From contig NC_058368.1 of assembly GCF_018350175.1 (NCBI RefSeq), positions 112,656,001 through 112,720,000 of the forward strand: a DNA stretch of 64,000 nt, in the 5' to 3' direction. The position numbers and the translations under genes are program-made. Of the stretch, positions 27,825 to 42,367 are shown piece after piece. How positions within the stretch are numbered: the stretch's first letter is position 1; every line of letters begins with the position of its first letter. The DNA comes from Felis catus (Eukaryota). The notes beneath the pieces are model-generated. The model was not told the origin of the DNA and ran no database searches. It worked only from the letters and a program-made list of their open reading frames with translations.

Positions 27825-28056
27825 CAGAGATTCTCAACAGGGAATGATTTTGTTCCCACCCTTTCCCCCAGGGACACAAGTGACTATCTGGAGACATTTT
27901 TGGTTGACACAACATGGGGGGAGAAGGCTACTGGCATCTAGTGGGTGGAGACCAGGGACGTTGCTAACTTTCCTATAATGCACAGGATGGTGCCCCCAGC
28001 AAAAAAAAAAAAAAAAAACTGGTCCAAAATTTGAGTACTGAATTTGAGAAACACTG
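27825..28056. mobile_element. MER20-like hAT-Charlie MITE
   Basis: TIRs cagagattctcaa / ttgagaaacactg; internal tctggagacatttttggttg...ctactggcatctagtgggtggagaccagggac. Confidence 0.88.
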
Positions 28057-29439
28057 GTTTAGACTTAAGAGTAGTTCTACTTGTAAAACCACCATGGCAA
28101 GCAGCTTCCACTAGCTAACATTTATTATGTACTTACCATGTTCTGGCTGCATTATGTGTGTTAATAAACATCGATTATCATTTTATTAGGTATTATTTGC
28201 TCTCATTATAGAGGTAAGGAAACTGAGGCCACATATCTAGTAGGAGAAGGACTTAGGACTTGAACATGCACAGTCAGGCTTCCAGATCCAACAGACTCTA
28301 TTTTTCCTCTGAGAGTTTTGCCAGGCAGAAAAGGGATACATGCGTACTGGGATTAGTCCTTCTTAAGATTTGCTGCTTGAGAAAAACAACACTTCCTTTA
28401 ATCTATGCAAAAGATAGCCCCTCTGAGCTGACAGATTAATGGACATTGATAATTTTTGTGCCATGTGGTCAGGCTGGGGCTACACAAGTGCTGAGAGGAA
28501 TCCCCAAAGAGGATGCAGATTGATGCTTTCAACACCAATGGATTCTAACAGTGTTTGGCAGCTACCGGGCACCCTGTGGTGCAGTTTGGGGTAGTGCCTG
28601 ACCAGCCAGACTGTGTTTGTGACAACTCTGATCTTCTTAACTCTGAGCATCTGGTAAAATGATGCCTCAGCAGGAAAACACAGTGGGAGAATGTCTGCTT
28701 AGAGCATGTGAGTGTCTGAATGGACTCTCAGACGTCCTCTAGAAAGCTCTGGTGTCCCCAGGTCCCCTTTGCTCACTGTCCCTGTGCTCCGTGCAGACAG
28801 AGGAAATGAAACAGAACCCCAGCAGAGGCCATCTTCCCTCTCTCTAGTGTCCCTCCCCATGGTCACTGCACTTTGGTGAGGGGCATCAGTCACTTGTGCT
28901 TCTGCTGGACCTCGTTGTCTCTTGTAGTGCAAATTTAGGTCGGGAGACTCTTGAGCATCAGGGTCCACCTTACCTGGGAGCCTGCTACAGGCTAGCAGAT
29001 TAGGTTGCTTAACTACAGCCACATACTCAGTAAGCAGAGAACTTGAGCAGGCAGACTCGCAACCATAACACGTTCTCTTTTCTTCTCCTGGCCGTTTTTC
29101 CAGGTAGGAAAATGGGCCCATTTACAGCACGACTGTCACATGTGCACAAGGTGGTGATTTTTGGAAGAGAGAAGCAAAGAGACTTCTGCTGGGGTTAGAG
29201 CCCTTGCCCAGCTTTAGACAGAGCGGTGATATGGGTGCAGTTGGCCCCCTGCCCCCCAGCTCACCCCTAGCTCATTGGTCTTATTCTCTAAGGGGAAAAC
29301 TGTGGGCATGTTTTGTGCACTTCAGGGCCCCGTGTGCATGAAGAAATCTTGAAATGAAGTTGACAGCATGGAATTGAGGTTCGTGGAGGACACTGACTTG
29401 GCATGTTACCATTTTTGTGGTAGAGATTTTCTATTTTTA

Positions 29440-30700
29440 TTAAGAACACAGGCTATTGGCAGAGAATTTACAATCTCTCCAGTCTTGGCTGGGATATCAG
29501 CTCTACTGTTCAGCTGTCTCTTCCATCTCCCACGGAATTTTTCCTCAACTTTTTTTTCTCACTTTTTTGAGGCTGCCTTCTACCTCAGAGGGTGATTCTG
29601 CTTCCTATTTATAGAGAAGTTGAGGCTGTTAATATGAATTCCTTCAACTTTTGTCCTTTTGATAGTCATTTGGGGTATCTGCCGGCTAGCTTCATTTTCC
29701 TATCCTTTCAAAATACAGCAGAGTTATACTTCGTGGCTTCTCCCATGGTGCTGGTGGGCTATGTGACTAGTTGTTTACAATGAGTTGTAAGTGGAAACAA
29801 TGTGAGTCACTTCTAGGTGGAAGCATTTACTTGTTGGTGTGGGACTCTCCCTTGCCGGAGTTCCCTTTGGCAAGGTGGGAACTTTGGACAGGGTAGCTGT
29901 TCTTATCAGCCTGGGTTCCTGGGTGAAATCTGTTCCAAGATGGAAACAGAATGAGCAACAAATAAGCCGCCTTTTGTTAAAAGCCACTACACCTTCGGCT
30001 TTGCTTGTCAACCCAGCGTAATGGTGCCTGTCTTCATTAATATCCTGTCTCTTTCGCCCAGCAGCCATGCTGCATCCATACCCGCCCTTTTTGCCTTCTA
30101 GCCTTTCTCTGACGAAAAGCTGTCTCTCCATCTTTCTTCATCTTTACAACCACTTCCGATTAAAGTTCTCCACTGGCTTCCTCTTAGTCTTAGGAAGGAG
30201 AACAACAGCCTTTAGCATAGTCTAGGAGCCTCTGCAAGGTCTGGGCCCCGCCCGTGTGTTTACACTCATCCCGTATGTACCCTGCTCTTCCTGATGCCTT
30301 CCAACTCAGCCACATTTACCTTTCAGTTTCTGTTATATGCTCTATTTTTTTTTCTCACCACAGGGACTTCGAATATGCTTTGAGCATGTTCTGTCCCTCA
30401 GAAATGTCCTCCCAAAGTCTGGTTAACTTTTTATTCTTTAGCTCTCGGAGCAGATATGACTTCCTCAGAGAAACCTTCACTGGCCTCCCTGATTAGGTCA
30501 CATCTAGCTTTAGACGTTATAATATCACGCTCTTCTCTTTTATAATAGTTACTTCAGTTGCAACATGACAGTTTATTGGTGTGATGTTTTGATTAATACC
30601 TGTCTTTTCCATAATGGCTGACATTGTGTCATTTGTATTCACCATCATGTCCCTGGCAACTAGCACAGCATGCTCTGTAGTCCTCACTGAAAGCTTGTTG
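29440..30700 (+). mobile_element. L2 fragments
   Basis: Pyrimidine-rich degenerate L2 body ending near ctggcaactagcacagc; boundaries approximate. Confidence 0.5.
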
Positions 30701-30719
30701 AAGGCATGCTTGGGGATAT

Positions 30720-30907
30720 CCACCCATATTGTCCTGTGTGGTACCCGCTGCCCACATGTGGCTTTGATATTTAAGTTAATTTAAAAATTACTAGGAATTG
30801 CGTTCCCTAAGTACATTAGCCACATTTCAAGTGCTGGCTAGCCATAAGAAGCTAGTGCCTACCATGTCAGTTTCCATCATCACAGAAAATTCCCTGGGAT
30901 AGTGCTG
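30720..30907. mobile_element. MER3-like hAT MITE
   Basis: cacatgtggct...cattagccacatttcaagtgct...tttccatcatcacagaaa...atagtgctg. Confidence 0.75.
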
Positions 30908-33113
30908 CCAGGATAAAGTCCTAGCGGCTGTGTAATGAAATCCCCTCAAGGATTTGGTTTGGACAAGCTTTCCAGCCTGCTCCTTTCCCACAGTGATATA
31001 GCCATTGGGAAGCACTTGTCCCCCTGTAAGCATATCCCCAAACATGCCACTATCCCTCAGGTATCTGTGACTTTTCAGCTTTTACCTCCCTCTGCGTAAA
31101 TTGTCCTTCCTCACTTCTCTGCTAAATTGACATCCCATCCAGGACCTCTCATCCTCTTAGCATTTCTGCTTCTGGGAAACTTTTCTTGGGGTCATGACCG
31201 AGCTGGTCACTGCTTCCTCTGGCCTCCATGCTGCCCCTTCCCATTTCTATTTGTCCGACTCAGACAGGATTGTAACCATTGTTCACGCTTCTCTCTCCTT
31301 TGCTATATACACTCTTCAAGGGCGAGGCCTGGGTCTTTGTCTTCTCACTCTCCCCAGTGCTCAGCACAGAGTTGGTGGTGTAGTAGACATAGTGAATGTT
31401 TGTTAAATGTTGTCTAAGGAAATGAATGAAAATTACAGGGGCTATTATTTCCTTAGTACAGTGGTGTGGAGAAAAATGGAACTGTCTTAGTAGGGCTAAT
31501 AAGAACCAGCCCCCCCCCACCCCAAACCCCACCTTCATTCCTTCTCCTTCCCATGGTCCTGTCCCAAGGCTTTATTTCATGTGAGATTAGCTTTCTGAGC
31601 TAGGAAGCACCCAGGAGCTTGGCAGAGTCAGGAAAGGGAACCTCTGTACTTTCAGAGTCTGGAAGCCTAGGCAAAATGGAACTACACCTTTACTAGTCTC
31701 ATCAGTTTGAAGGAAAGATGGCCAGTGCCATGCTTGGGTCCCACAAACCAAGCCACAGGCCAGGACGCTAGAACTGGAGCTATCTGCAAGTCTGAAAGAG
31801 GTGACTGCTGTGAATTCTACTTTGCTCAGCTAGTGAAGTGCAGAGGCTATTTCTGCCATAGTCATAGCATCCCTGCCCCCACCTTCCCCACCACCCAGTG
31901 GCTCTTTCAGGGTAGTACTGTCGTACCAACCTTGGGATACCCAGCAGGCTGTAGAGCTCACAGGCAATGGCTGAAACAGCTTGTATTCATGTGTTCTCCT
32001 TTTTTAAATTTGTAGTAGATCTTTGCTTTGTTATGCCCAATGGGACCTCTATCACCTCTACAAGGTGGAGTTAAGGCTTCTGTCATGTAACCAGGACCTT
32101 CTGTGTCTCTCTGACCCACTGTCCTATGGCATTTGAGCTTGGAGGACACATGTCTACAAAGTTCTTTCAGAAAATAGGAGATTAATATGATCATCATTAT
32201 GGTAGACCTGGAGTCAGGAAGAAGGAAGGGATGATGGAGGGGAAAGAAAGGAAAATAGCATCCCTGTGAGCCTAGAGATAAAGAAGCAAAAAAGAGGAGA
32301 GAGAGAAAGATGGGAGTGAAGAGCCCAGATGTGTGTCTTCAGTTAGACAAGTTGAATAGAGCAACAAGGACGGTGTCTGGATCTCTGTGACCAGCCACTC
32401 AACAATGACCATGTGCCAGACACTGGGCTCCCTTTATGGGTGCAGCCTGGGTCCAGCTGAGTCGAAATGAATTTCAAGACTGGTTGGATCTTCCCCAATG
32501 GTAGAGCTGGAAGTCTCCTAAGCATTAGAGTTGATATGCAGAGGGAGAAGAATGCTTTTAATTAAGAAAGCTATTAGTCATGGTTCCAAGGGGACAGAGA
32601 GAGATGGAGAAAACAGCGAGATGCCTGTTAGTCACATTGGCCCTGAAGGAGAAGACCAAGGTGAGCTGTAGGCCAAAGCTGGAGGAGTTGTTTTCTTTAT
32701 CCATGAGGCACAGGTAGACTTGCTTCTGAACTTAAGTGTGATTCAGCATGGGGAAAAAAGCATCCTTGTTTCTTCATAAGGCAAGCTTGGCTTCTGGAGG
32801 GACTGTAGTCTATAAAGGCTGGGATGGACTGGGATGGGTCGCAGAAATGCATTAAGTAATGTGAACATTGACTCTAGGCCAGTACAGTATGTGTATTATA
32901 TTGCTTCATTTATATCCACAGGCTGATGGGCCTGAGGCTGTTTGTGGTACACTTAATTTATCCCATTTGACTCTATCATAATCCTACCATTAGGTAGGTA
33001 TTATTATCCAAAGTTTATGGATAAGACAAGTCAGACATAGAGAGGCTAAGTGACTTGCTTAAGTGGCTCCATTAATAAGTGGTTGGACCAGGATTAACCT
33101 CAAAGGGCATCTT

Positions 33114-33331
33114 TTTTATTTTTTTTTAATGTTTATTTACTTAGAGAGAGTATATGCATGTGCATGTACATGGGAACATGGGAACAGCAGAAAGAGGGAG
33201 AGAGAGAATCCCAAACAGGCTCCATGGTGTCAGTGCAGAGCGTGACACAGGGCTCAAACTTACAAACCAGGAGATCATGAGCTGAGCCAAAATCAAGAGT
33301 TAGACGTTTAACCAGTTGAGCCACCCAGGTG
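33114..33331 (-). mobile_element. CAN-SINE, older copy
   Basis: TSD ctcaaagggcatctt at 33099-33113 and 33332-33346. Confidence 0.92.
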
Positions 33332-36300
33332 CTCAAAGGGCATCTTCTTAGCCACTTCTCCAACACTGCCTACTGGAGACACTTATTAACGTTTCATATG
33401 ACACATCTGGGTTTTTGTGGAGGCTGAGTTACCCTCTTCAGGCAAAAGTCATGAAGGACAACCATATCCTCACAAGGCCTTTTGTCTTTTCTGGAGGAAT
33501 TTTAGGCTATAATGACAATGTCCTTACCCAGGGGGAAGTTTCTTGCATTTTCTAGGGAGAAGACAAAGGACAAGATAGGGATGTCTCTGGAAATAGAAAG
33601 ATTGTCTAGTTCCAAGGAAGGAGGACATCACTGAGTAACAGCAATGATGCTTCCCTGTGGAACTCCGGAGAACTTTACACTTTCCAGAGCATTTCCTCTC
33701 ATACCCATTCATTTGAAAGTTCACAGAAAACTCTGAAGCAAAAGCTTATATGCCCATTTTGCATATGGGGAATGAGACCCAGAGAGCTTCAAAGATTTGA
33801 AGTGAAATAATCATGCTAAACATCTGGTTTCCTGACACCCATGTCATGATTCTTTTCTCTCTACTAGGTGGTCCCTTGTGCACTGGTGGAATAGCTGTCT
33901 TTATCTAATGGAGGCTGACATTATGATTGAGCCAGCCAGAAGACTAGACATTAGTGTGTTGCCTGAAGAGAGGCAGACATTCACGTGAAGGACATGATCC
34001 AGGGTTCATTACCAGCCACAGGGTGGCACCCACCAGACTTGAATCTATGCATTTCATAGACCATGTAGGCTGATCCTGTATTAAAGTTTCCCAAAGACTG
34101 TTACATGGAAAACTAGTTTCACCAGATGTTCCATGAGAAATAGAGTTCTTTGGTCAAGTGATACATATTGTAGTCGTCTTTTAATTAGAGTAGAAATGTG
34201 TATTAAAAGTTCTATAATGTCTTTAAGCAAAGAAATCCATTGAACTCTACTCAAGATCTCCAAATTCATTTGAACACAAAACCTTTTTTTAAGGTCATAG
34301 TTATTAGCAGCCCATGAAACTGCCAAGAACAACTAGTTTGCATTAATTACTGAATTCATGGTTTGATTTGATATCATGTAGACAAAGATTTAGGAAGTTT
34401 TTATGGTTTTTATTCCAGCCTTAAAACTAACGTATATATCAGGTGTAAAAGGCAATGTCTTTATAACTAGGCCTTGGTGCTAGTCATTCCATAACTCAAT
34501 GACCCAGGGTTAGATTGTGCCCATGCAAGCATGCTAAAGTTCATAAATTAAAAATGAAATCTCATTATAATATTAATACACCTTTTTAATATTCGGTATT
34601 TTCACTGGTAATTCATGATGAATAAATGTCAGGGAAAGCTCTGAGTCTGTCTGCTGTTGCATAATGGCATACATGGTTTGAGAGACTTTCTACCCATTGT
34701 CGGTCTTTGATATGAGCAAGGCTGACTTTTTATGCAAGTTGTTTATCATCTTCCTACCTATGGATTGCCCCAGACATTCGACATTCATGATGGATGTTTC
34801 CTGAGACCTTTATGACTCCCCTAATTGGCAAATACCACTAAATAATTTCCCTCATAAAGCCTTTTTATTTTGCTCCAAACTGTCATGTGTGTGGAGTGCT
34901 TCACTTTTTCTTCTCATTCCTCACCAGGGCTGTTTTGTATTTGGTAGGTGACAACAAGAGGTCGTGGCCAGACTTCTGGACTAGCTACTGATCTACCCTC
35001 AGTGACAGTTTTGCTAAGAGGTTTAGATTTGTGTTTCAGAGAAATGGTGAATACTTGCATTTTGTGGGCCACTGGAATTGCTTATGAATAGCCAAAACTG
35101 TCACTGTAGAGTCGGCCGATGCCAAACATCCCTTGTTCTTTGCCTCCACCCCGTGCTCCTTCCCTGTGTCTGGAGGCAGCCAGACACACTGACCTGGGGG
35201 AGGGAGGAAATGCTTGGGGTTCTGGAAATTCGAGCTCATCTTTACCACTGCTAAAGAGTCACCATAGCAGGGTTTGTGTGAACTCCAAGGCCATGGATAT
35301 CTCAGCAGCTGCTGGAATGGATTGCTGTGCTCTGATGAAAAGCCTCAGTGAGCTCTTGGGGTTGGCAAAAAAATGAGCTTTTCTGAGCTAAGAAAAGAGG
35401 GTTGTACTTGAAACTGCAGCTCTCTCCCTCTCTTTTTGTAGCCCTGTGATTTCAAATGGTAATCAAAGGTCACCTTTCCCATGATTTGTGTAGTTTAACT
35501 TTGGGATCAGAGTCTTTGAAAAAGCTATTTTTATTTTTTTATTATTAAAAGTAAAAAGACAAGAAGATTTTTTTTCAAACTTAGAAGCTCTCACTAGCTA
35601 AATTCCACAGATATATGTGACTCATTGAAGGATGGTTCACTCCACACAAATTAAGAGAATCAAGCAAGAGGAGAAGTGCCCAGAGGTCAGTTTGGGGGCA
35701 TTGAAACTACCCCTAGTATTGACCGTGTGAAATAGTTGGGGGAAAAAATGAAACCCCTAAAGGTTGGTCCCCCATTTTGCTTACATGCGAAGCATGATGG
35801 TATTTAAACACACGGATCTTGGGAGCTCTGCTCTGCAGTTTTCATCGGGGTGGATGACATCATCTAACATAAGAGCAGAGTCTCAAAAATGTGGAGTACA
35901 TCTAGAATGGAAGCATCATTGAGTTTTGCTTAGGACTTCAGTCTGACCACCCACTGTGGGTCTGAGGGCTACAGGGTGCCTGTGACCATCAAAGACACCT
36001 TGAGGTTGACTGAGGAGGTGGGACAAGTATTACTCCTGTCAAAGTCTACTTGAGCTTCCTACTATGTACTGTCATAAGCTTTGGAGTGAAATTCCTCTGA
36101 GGCTGCCAGAACCACGGATCCCATGAAGCCTCCACAGTCAAACGTTTTCAACAAGTCCCCAGGCCCACAGAGAAAGCTCAACCAATGCTATTGATAGACT
36201 GGAGTAATGTTTCTCATGAAAACTTGGGAGTTAGCCTACTTGCTGATGTGATGTCACATTGTCCCTGCCAGTAGTTTGGAGGCTGAAAATCTCTTTTGTT

Positions 36301-36532
36301 TTCCATGCTCAAAGCCTGTTCATGGAATTACAGTCATGCTAGCTATCTCTCTCGGGGAGTGAAGGAATGGGGTGTTGAGAGGGGCTCTGATCAGTCCTGC
36401 AAAGCAGGCAGTTCTCTGTCTAGAAAGAAGTTGGGTGATGGGTGTTTTCACGGTCACCTTGTGGGAACGTAAAATATGCATGGGCCCACCGCCCTGCAAG
36501 GCAGGAAGGCCTGGAGAGGTGGGGAAGCTTAC

Positions 36533-36715
36533 CTTCTTGACTTCGTATTTAATGGCGAGTTTGATCCGGCTCAGACTTGGACGGTGGTGGTCGGACCAGA
36601 CTTGGAAGTTCACATCACCATTTAAAATCGCTTCCACCTCTTCTGTGTCTCGGCATAGGTCCAGCACGCCCACCACAAAATCCTTGCATTGCATAGATAA
36701 CTTCCTGTAATCATT
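36533..36715 (-). CDS. TRPC7: TRPC7 internal coding exon (probably exon 3), 183 nt / 61 aa, N-terminal helical linker
   Basis: Translates to [61 protein letters not shown]. Acceptor tttctctttattctgttag|AAT, donor AAG|gtaagc, phase 0/0. Splicing to the 165-nt exon gives [12 protein letters not shown], the conserved TRPC junction. Confidence 0.96.
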
Positions 36716-39369
36716 CTAACAGAATAAAGAGAAATCAGGGGTGTGTCACACTGAGCCCCGCAGATCGGCTTGCCCAGCACAGCAGTGTCCACCCAGTGTT
36801 AGCTTACAGAGAGCACTGGAGCCAGGGTGTGCTGTGTCCAGAAGGCACAGCAACCCAGAGGGCATCTCTACACTGGGATTTGTCAGGGTGTGCTGCATGG
36901 GCCGCCTACGTCTGAGTCACCTTTGGTGCATGCAGAAACTGCAGATTTCCGGGTCCTGTCACCGACTGACTGGCTGGTCAGAATTCCTGCAGAGGCCCAG
37001 GAATCTGTCTTTTAACCTCGCTCTCTTAAGTGATTCTGATGGCTGCTGAAGCCCATCCTGGGCTCTTTCCAAGCAGCAGTTCTTTGTCCTCAGTTCTGGG
37101 AGAGGGGTGATAAATGAACTTAATTTTAAGGCTGGAAATAACACTTTGCTCATTTAGCTCCAATGTATAATGGTAACTGTTCTACACAGGAAGTTTATGG
37201 GAAAGATATGGCTGATAGGCTAAAACTGGAAACAAATGTACACAGGTGAGCTTTCTTTTTATGGCCTGGAAAACCTGCTAGTGAACTGTAAATTTAAATA
37301 TCAAATGTAATTTAAATCTAACAGGATCCTTTCTTGCCACAAATCCTTTTATATGGCAAACACGGCTCCTTAAATTACTTGCCTGTTGAATAAACATTTT
37401 TAGAGTTTCATCTTTGTTTTGTTCAGTCTTTTTTTTTTTTTTTTTTTTTTTTTAATGAGCTGCCTCTGGAGTTCCTGTACTCTTCCCTAGGTGTACCTTT
37501 CAGAATTCTCTTCGAGAGGCTGCAATTCCTTTCCTAGTGATATGCCAACCTCGCTCTCCCCAAAACAGATTGCTTCAGTTCCACATAATGATCCAAAATG
37601 TCGGACAAAAAAATGTTTCTTCTCACCCTCATGTCACTAGTCCCCCAAATATTTTTCTCTAGAGGTTTCCTTGTTCGTTTGTTAGTTGAAACATGTCTAT
37701 TCAGAGGGGACACAAGAGCCAGACGTCACTTTTAGTGTTGATCAATGTCAGCAGTCCAGACTGGTAAATAGTAGTTGGCCAACGGGAATTCAGGTTTGCT
37801 TTTCCAGAATTTGGATTCCTGAGTAAATAGGTAGGAGTCTGGCAAGCTGTAGAAGCTTAGCCATTTTTCTGAATCAATGATTCTTGTCTCCTTCCAGCAC
37901 TGCTGCGTCAAAATGTCACTGAGCATTAGAGAAAGAAGGCAGTAAATGTTTGTTTGCTGGGAGAAGGATCAAGAAAATGTTTTCTGATAGGAGGTGCCAC
38001 CCTTCATTTTTATATATAATTTAAAGAGAAGAAGGGAATTCTGGGTAGGAAAATGACTGCTCGGCTCAGGGAGATTGTCATGGAGAGAAATGCAGGGAAG
38101 ATGCTAGGAGTATTCTAGGTTTCGGTATCTGGCACGGAGCTGGGTAGTGTTATGAAGAGCTGTGTTCTGTGTGCCTCATCCTTAGCACCCCTCCCTCCCT
38201 CACTCCCTTCCTTCCCTCTCTCACTACTGAAGGCCTACCACGTACCAGGCAATGAAAACTTGGCAATGAACAAGGCATATGTGATCTCTGAGTAGTGTGT
38301 GGGTAGAGGAGCCTAGGTATCCACTCTCTGGATTGCATAACAGTAATGCTAAGTAAAACTTGCTCAGAGCTTATTCCAGCTCGGATATTCTGAGAGCCCT
38401 GATGAGCCAGAGGTGGGAAACTCCAGGGACTGGGCTCAGCAAAAGGGACCTATTCAACTCTGGTGGTCCTGCTACCACAACTCAGGTTCCCTAAGTCTCT
38501 GGCTCCCACTCCATCACCGTTATTGTCTCTTTCTTGAAAAGAAGCAGTATCTGACTACTGTGGCCTGTTCCTGGTAAGACAGACACTTCCCCATTAGTTG
38601 GACATGACCTCATATTCTTGGTAGAAACTCCTGCCTAGGACTGAGTGCATGGAGAGACACAGAAAAGAAGTGGAAAGGGCTTGACCCAGCCCATGGCCCA
38701 AGCTCCCAATGCTAGGAATATCAGGCTGTATTGCCCCAGAGCCTCTGTACGTTTCTGGGCTCCGTGCAGTTCAGAATACCAGGTACCGTTTTATTCAAGA
38801 CTTTTACTTCCCTGGGTTCTTTCAGCTAGCCTGGCCATAAAAAGGGGAGACACACCAGCCACAGCAGCCAAAGCGCGTGGTTTGCTTTTTGCCTCCTGCA
38901 TTAGACACTGAGGCTGGAAGGCCACAAACCCGGTGTGTGCAGATGGCTGGAAGAGTCAGGGAGAACCTGGGCCTGCTAGGAGGACAGAGATGACATGGGT
39001 ACGTGCAGCTGCAGGTGGTGGGGGGTGGTTATGGCCAGGCCCAGGCTTATCAGAGAGAACTGTAGGTGAACATCTCTGGGGAATTATGATGAATGTAATT
39101 ACTGGGCCAACACGGAGCTCAGTGAGCCTTCCAAGTCACACTTTCCAACTTTAGTTGGGGGTAGATGAGACACTCACCCAGGACCTCACAGGTGCCCTTT
39201 TAAAAATATTTTCATTTCTACACATTAAAGTCTGTCAGTCCCACTGGGTGACAGATGTTCTTCTTACAGCATCTCACTCAATCCTTATAAAAATGTCATG
39301 ATGGAAGGACTATCAGCATTTCCAGCTTAAAAAGAGGAAACCGAGACCCGGAGGGAGAAACTAACAGGT

Positions 39370-41995
39370 TGAATCCACTTTCCCTTCTGTTAGTAACTCA
39401 CTCATCTCTGGATCACTCTTACCTTCCTTGAAGATTTTAGCTTCTGTCTCACTGCTCTCTTCCGACATTACTGCTCTTGTTATTCTTGGTGGTTCTAATA
39501 TCCAGAAAGATGGCCTTCCCGTTACTCTGCTCTCTCATTTCCTTGATAGTATCTTTCCCAATGACCCCAGCATCTTTCCTTAACTCTTAACCCAGCCGTT
39601 CATTCTCTTAATTATTCCCCACAACTTCAGCTCCTTCATGACTCCACCTTCAAGTCTCCCCGTTTCTGACCACCGCCTCCTGTGGGTCAAGCTCACTCCC
39701 TCTGGTACCCCAACCCCAGCAATCCTTTGATTACACCATACCCACAAGCCATTGAGTATACCTCCCTCTTACCGGTTTTCATTCCCTTTAGACGTCTGTC
39801 TCCCTCCTTGCAGTGCTTATATTTCACGGGCATTTGTTAAAATAATCCCTGTACATATATCATCAGCTCTCTTGCCCTCCTCTCATTTCTTCCTTCCCGT
39901 TGAACAAAAGCCGGTCTTGAGTCTAACTCTCCACTGCCCTGTTCCTACCTCTGAATAGTAAATGTGGCTGGAGAACACACAACTGCACTGATCACACATG
40001 CTGTAGAGTACCTCCAACCTCAAGTAGTACTTGATGCCTCTGGGCTGTTTATCCTCTCTCTCTCCTAACAAGAATTTCATGCCTTCTCCTTTCCTCAGTC
40101 TTCTGACACCTCACCACTTCCTCCTAACTCTTAAATGAGGACGTTGTTTCCTGTTTTGCTTGGAAAATAGAAGTTATCAGAAGAGAAGCACCACATGCTG
40201 ACACCATCACATATTCTGCCTTCATGCATCTATACTCATAGACTGTTTTTCCTCCTCTTTCTGTGGATGAAGTGTTCTTGTTCCTAAATAAGGCCAACTC
40301 GTCCACTTTGGTGCTGGATGTCAGCCCCTTACACCTACTCCTGCAATCTTCTTTTCTTTCTCCTGTGTTGTCAATTTCTCCCTCTCCCTACTGGCTCAGT
40401 GTACAAACATGGAACTATTCTCTTCTCTTAAAATTTTTTTTTTCAACGTTTTTATTTATTTTTGGGACAGAGAGAGACAGAGCACGAACGGGGGAGGGGC
40501 AGAGAGAGAGGGAGACACAGAATCGGAAACAGGCTCCAGGCTCCGAGCCATCAGCCCGGAGCCTGACGCGGGGCTCGAACTCACGGACCGCGAGATCGTG
40601 ACCTGGCTGAAGTCGGACGCTTAACCGACTGCGCCACCCAGGCGGCCCTATTCTCTTCTCTTAAAAAAGAATTTCTTTTGACCCCACTTTCCTGTCCAAT
40701 TACCACTACAATTTTCTGTTCCCTTTTATAGCAAAACTCTCAGTAGAGTTGTCTACACTCATGTCCTCCAGGCATTTTTTCTTATTTCATTCAATGAGAC
40801 TTTCACACCCACATCCACTTTTTCCACTGAGATTGTTTTTATCAAGGTCACAAGTGACTTTTAGGTTGCCAAATCCGTTGGTTGATTCTCAATCCTCACA
40901 TTATATGACCTATCAAGAGCTTTGACATAGATGATTACTTCCTCCTCTCTGATACACATTTTTCACTTGGCTTCCAGCGTAACATTGTCTTCTGCGTTTT
41001 TTCTTCCTGAATGACTACGTTTGTATTCTTTCTAGAATTATTCTCATCTCCCTGATGTCTTAGTTTTGAAATGCCCAAAGATGTGCCCGGTCCTTTGAAT
41101 TCTCCTTTTATTTATTTAAACTCATTGCCTTAGTGATCTTATATAAGAGCATTAGATACCATCATTTGCTGATGATTCCAAAAGTTATATCCTTAGCATA
41201 TCCTTCTCCTGAACTTGACTCATACATCCAATTGCTAAGTTGATATTTCCACTTAGATGCCAAATCGCCTTTTCAAACGTAACAAAACTAACTCTGAATC
41301 TAGTCTTCTCCACCTCAGTTTCTCCCATTCTTTCACTTGTTCAGGCCAAAAAAAAAAATCTGTCCTGGTCGGCTATAGTGTGTTCTCCATACATCAGTTG
41401 GAGAGAAACTTAGAAAAAATAGTCAGATCATGGTACTACCCTGTTCAAACCCTCCAACAGCTTCTCATCCCCTCAAAGTAAAAGTGGAGTCATTATGTTG
41501 TCCTATAAGGACATACATTTCTAGCCTCTCCATTCTCCTCCTGATTTTATTTCTTGTGTTCTCTCCTTCCCTTAGTGTACTTCAGCCACTCTGATCTCCT
41601 TGCTGTTCTCTCAGCACATTTGGCCTGGACCAGACCTTTGTACTGGCTTTTTTTTTTTTTTTTTTTTGGCTTGGAATGCTCTTTCCCTAGGTATCTAAAT
41701 GAATAACTTTTGCAACCTATTCAAGTCTTTGCTCAAATGTCACTTTCTCAGAAGCCTTCCTTGAGTATCTTTTAAAAAATTGTAGCCCTTCTCCATTTGC
41801 TATCACCCTTTCCTGCTTATGACCATATGACATATTATATATTTTATCTATTTATTATATTTATTGTCTATCTCCTCCCCTAGATTGTAAGCTTCTTGAG
41901 GTTAGGAAACATTGCCGCTTTATTCACTAATATATAATCAGCGTCTAGAACATTTTTTGGAACATAATAGGTGTTCAATAAATTTTGAGTCAATC
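39370..41995 (+). mobile_element. Long L2 (L2a-like) remnant interrupted by a SINE
   Basis: About 2.4 kb of degenerate pyrimidine-rich L2 ending tagattgtaagcttcttgagg...aataggtgttcaataaat. Confidence 0.8.
40434..40648 (-). mobile_element. Young felid SINEC_Fc
   Basis: CpG-rich, near-identical to three other copies in the window; perfect TSD tattctcttctcttaaaa. Confidence 0.96.
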
Positions 41996-42367
41996 AGAGC
42001 AGTTTACTTGTCTAACATAGCTACTAAGTGATTGAGCCAAGATTCAAAACAAGTAGGTCTGACCCAGATCCTGTTGTCTTCCCTCTCACCTTGTTGCCTC
42101 TTGGTGAATAGGATATTCTCTCTTTAGCACACTTTAAAAACTAGAAGCGTGATTGGGGCTCTCAACTAACTTGGGGCAATAAAGGGTGGGCTGGGATATG
42201 GAAATTTGAACACCCAACAGATTCTGTCATATAGTCAGTGGATGCACAGGTTTTACAGTCAGGAGAATCTGGAGTTTGAAGTCCTATTTTACTACTTGTT
42301 AGTTGTGGGAAATGGAACAAGCCATTCCACTTTTCTGCATGTCAGTTTTTAATCTGTAACGGTATAT

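Larger units (their letters stand above)
3027..36532 (-). other. TRPC7: TRPC7 GT-AG intron, 33,506 bp
   Basis: Bounded by the donor of the 183-nt exon and the acceptor of the 165-nt exon. The two peptides are contiguous, so no constitutive exon is missing. Confidence 0.9.

Noticed and set aside
36320..36532. ORF extension beyond EVKK (VSFPTSPG...)
   Set aside because: Read-through into the intron past a strong AAG|GTAAGC donor; no TRPC similarity.
36372..36710. 112-aa + strand ORF over the TRPC7 exon
   Set aside because: Antisense shadow of the real exon with a non-ATG start.
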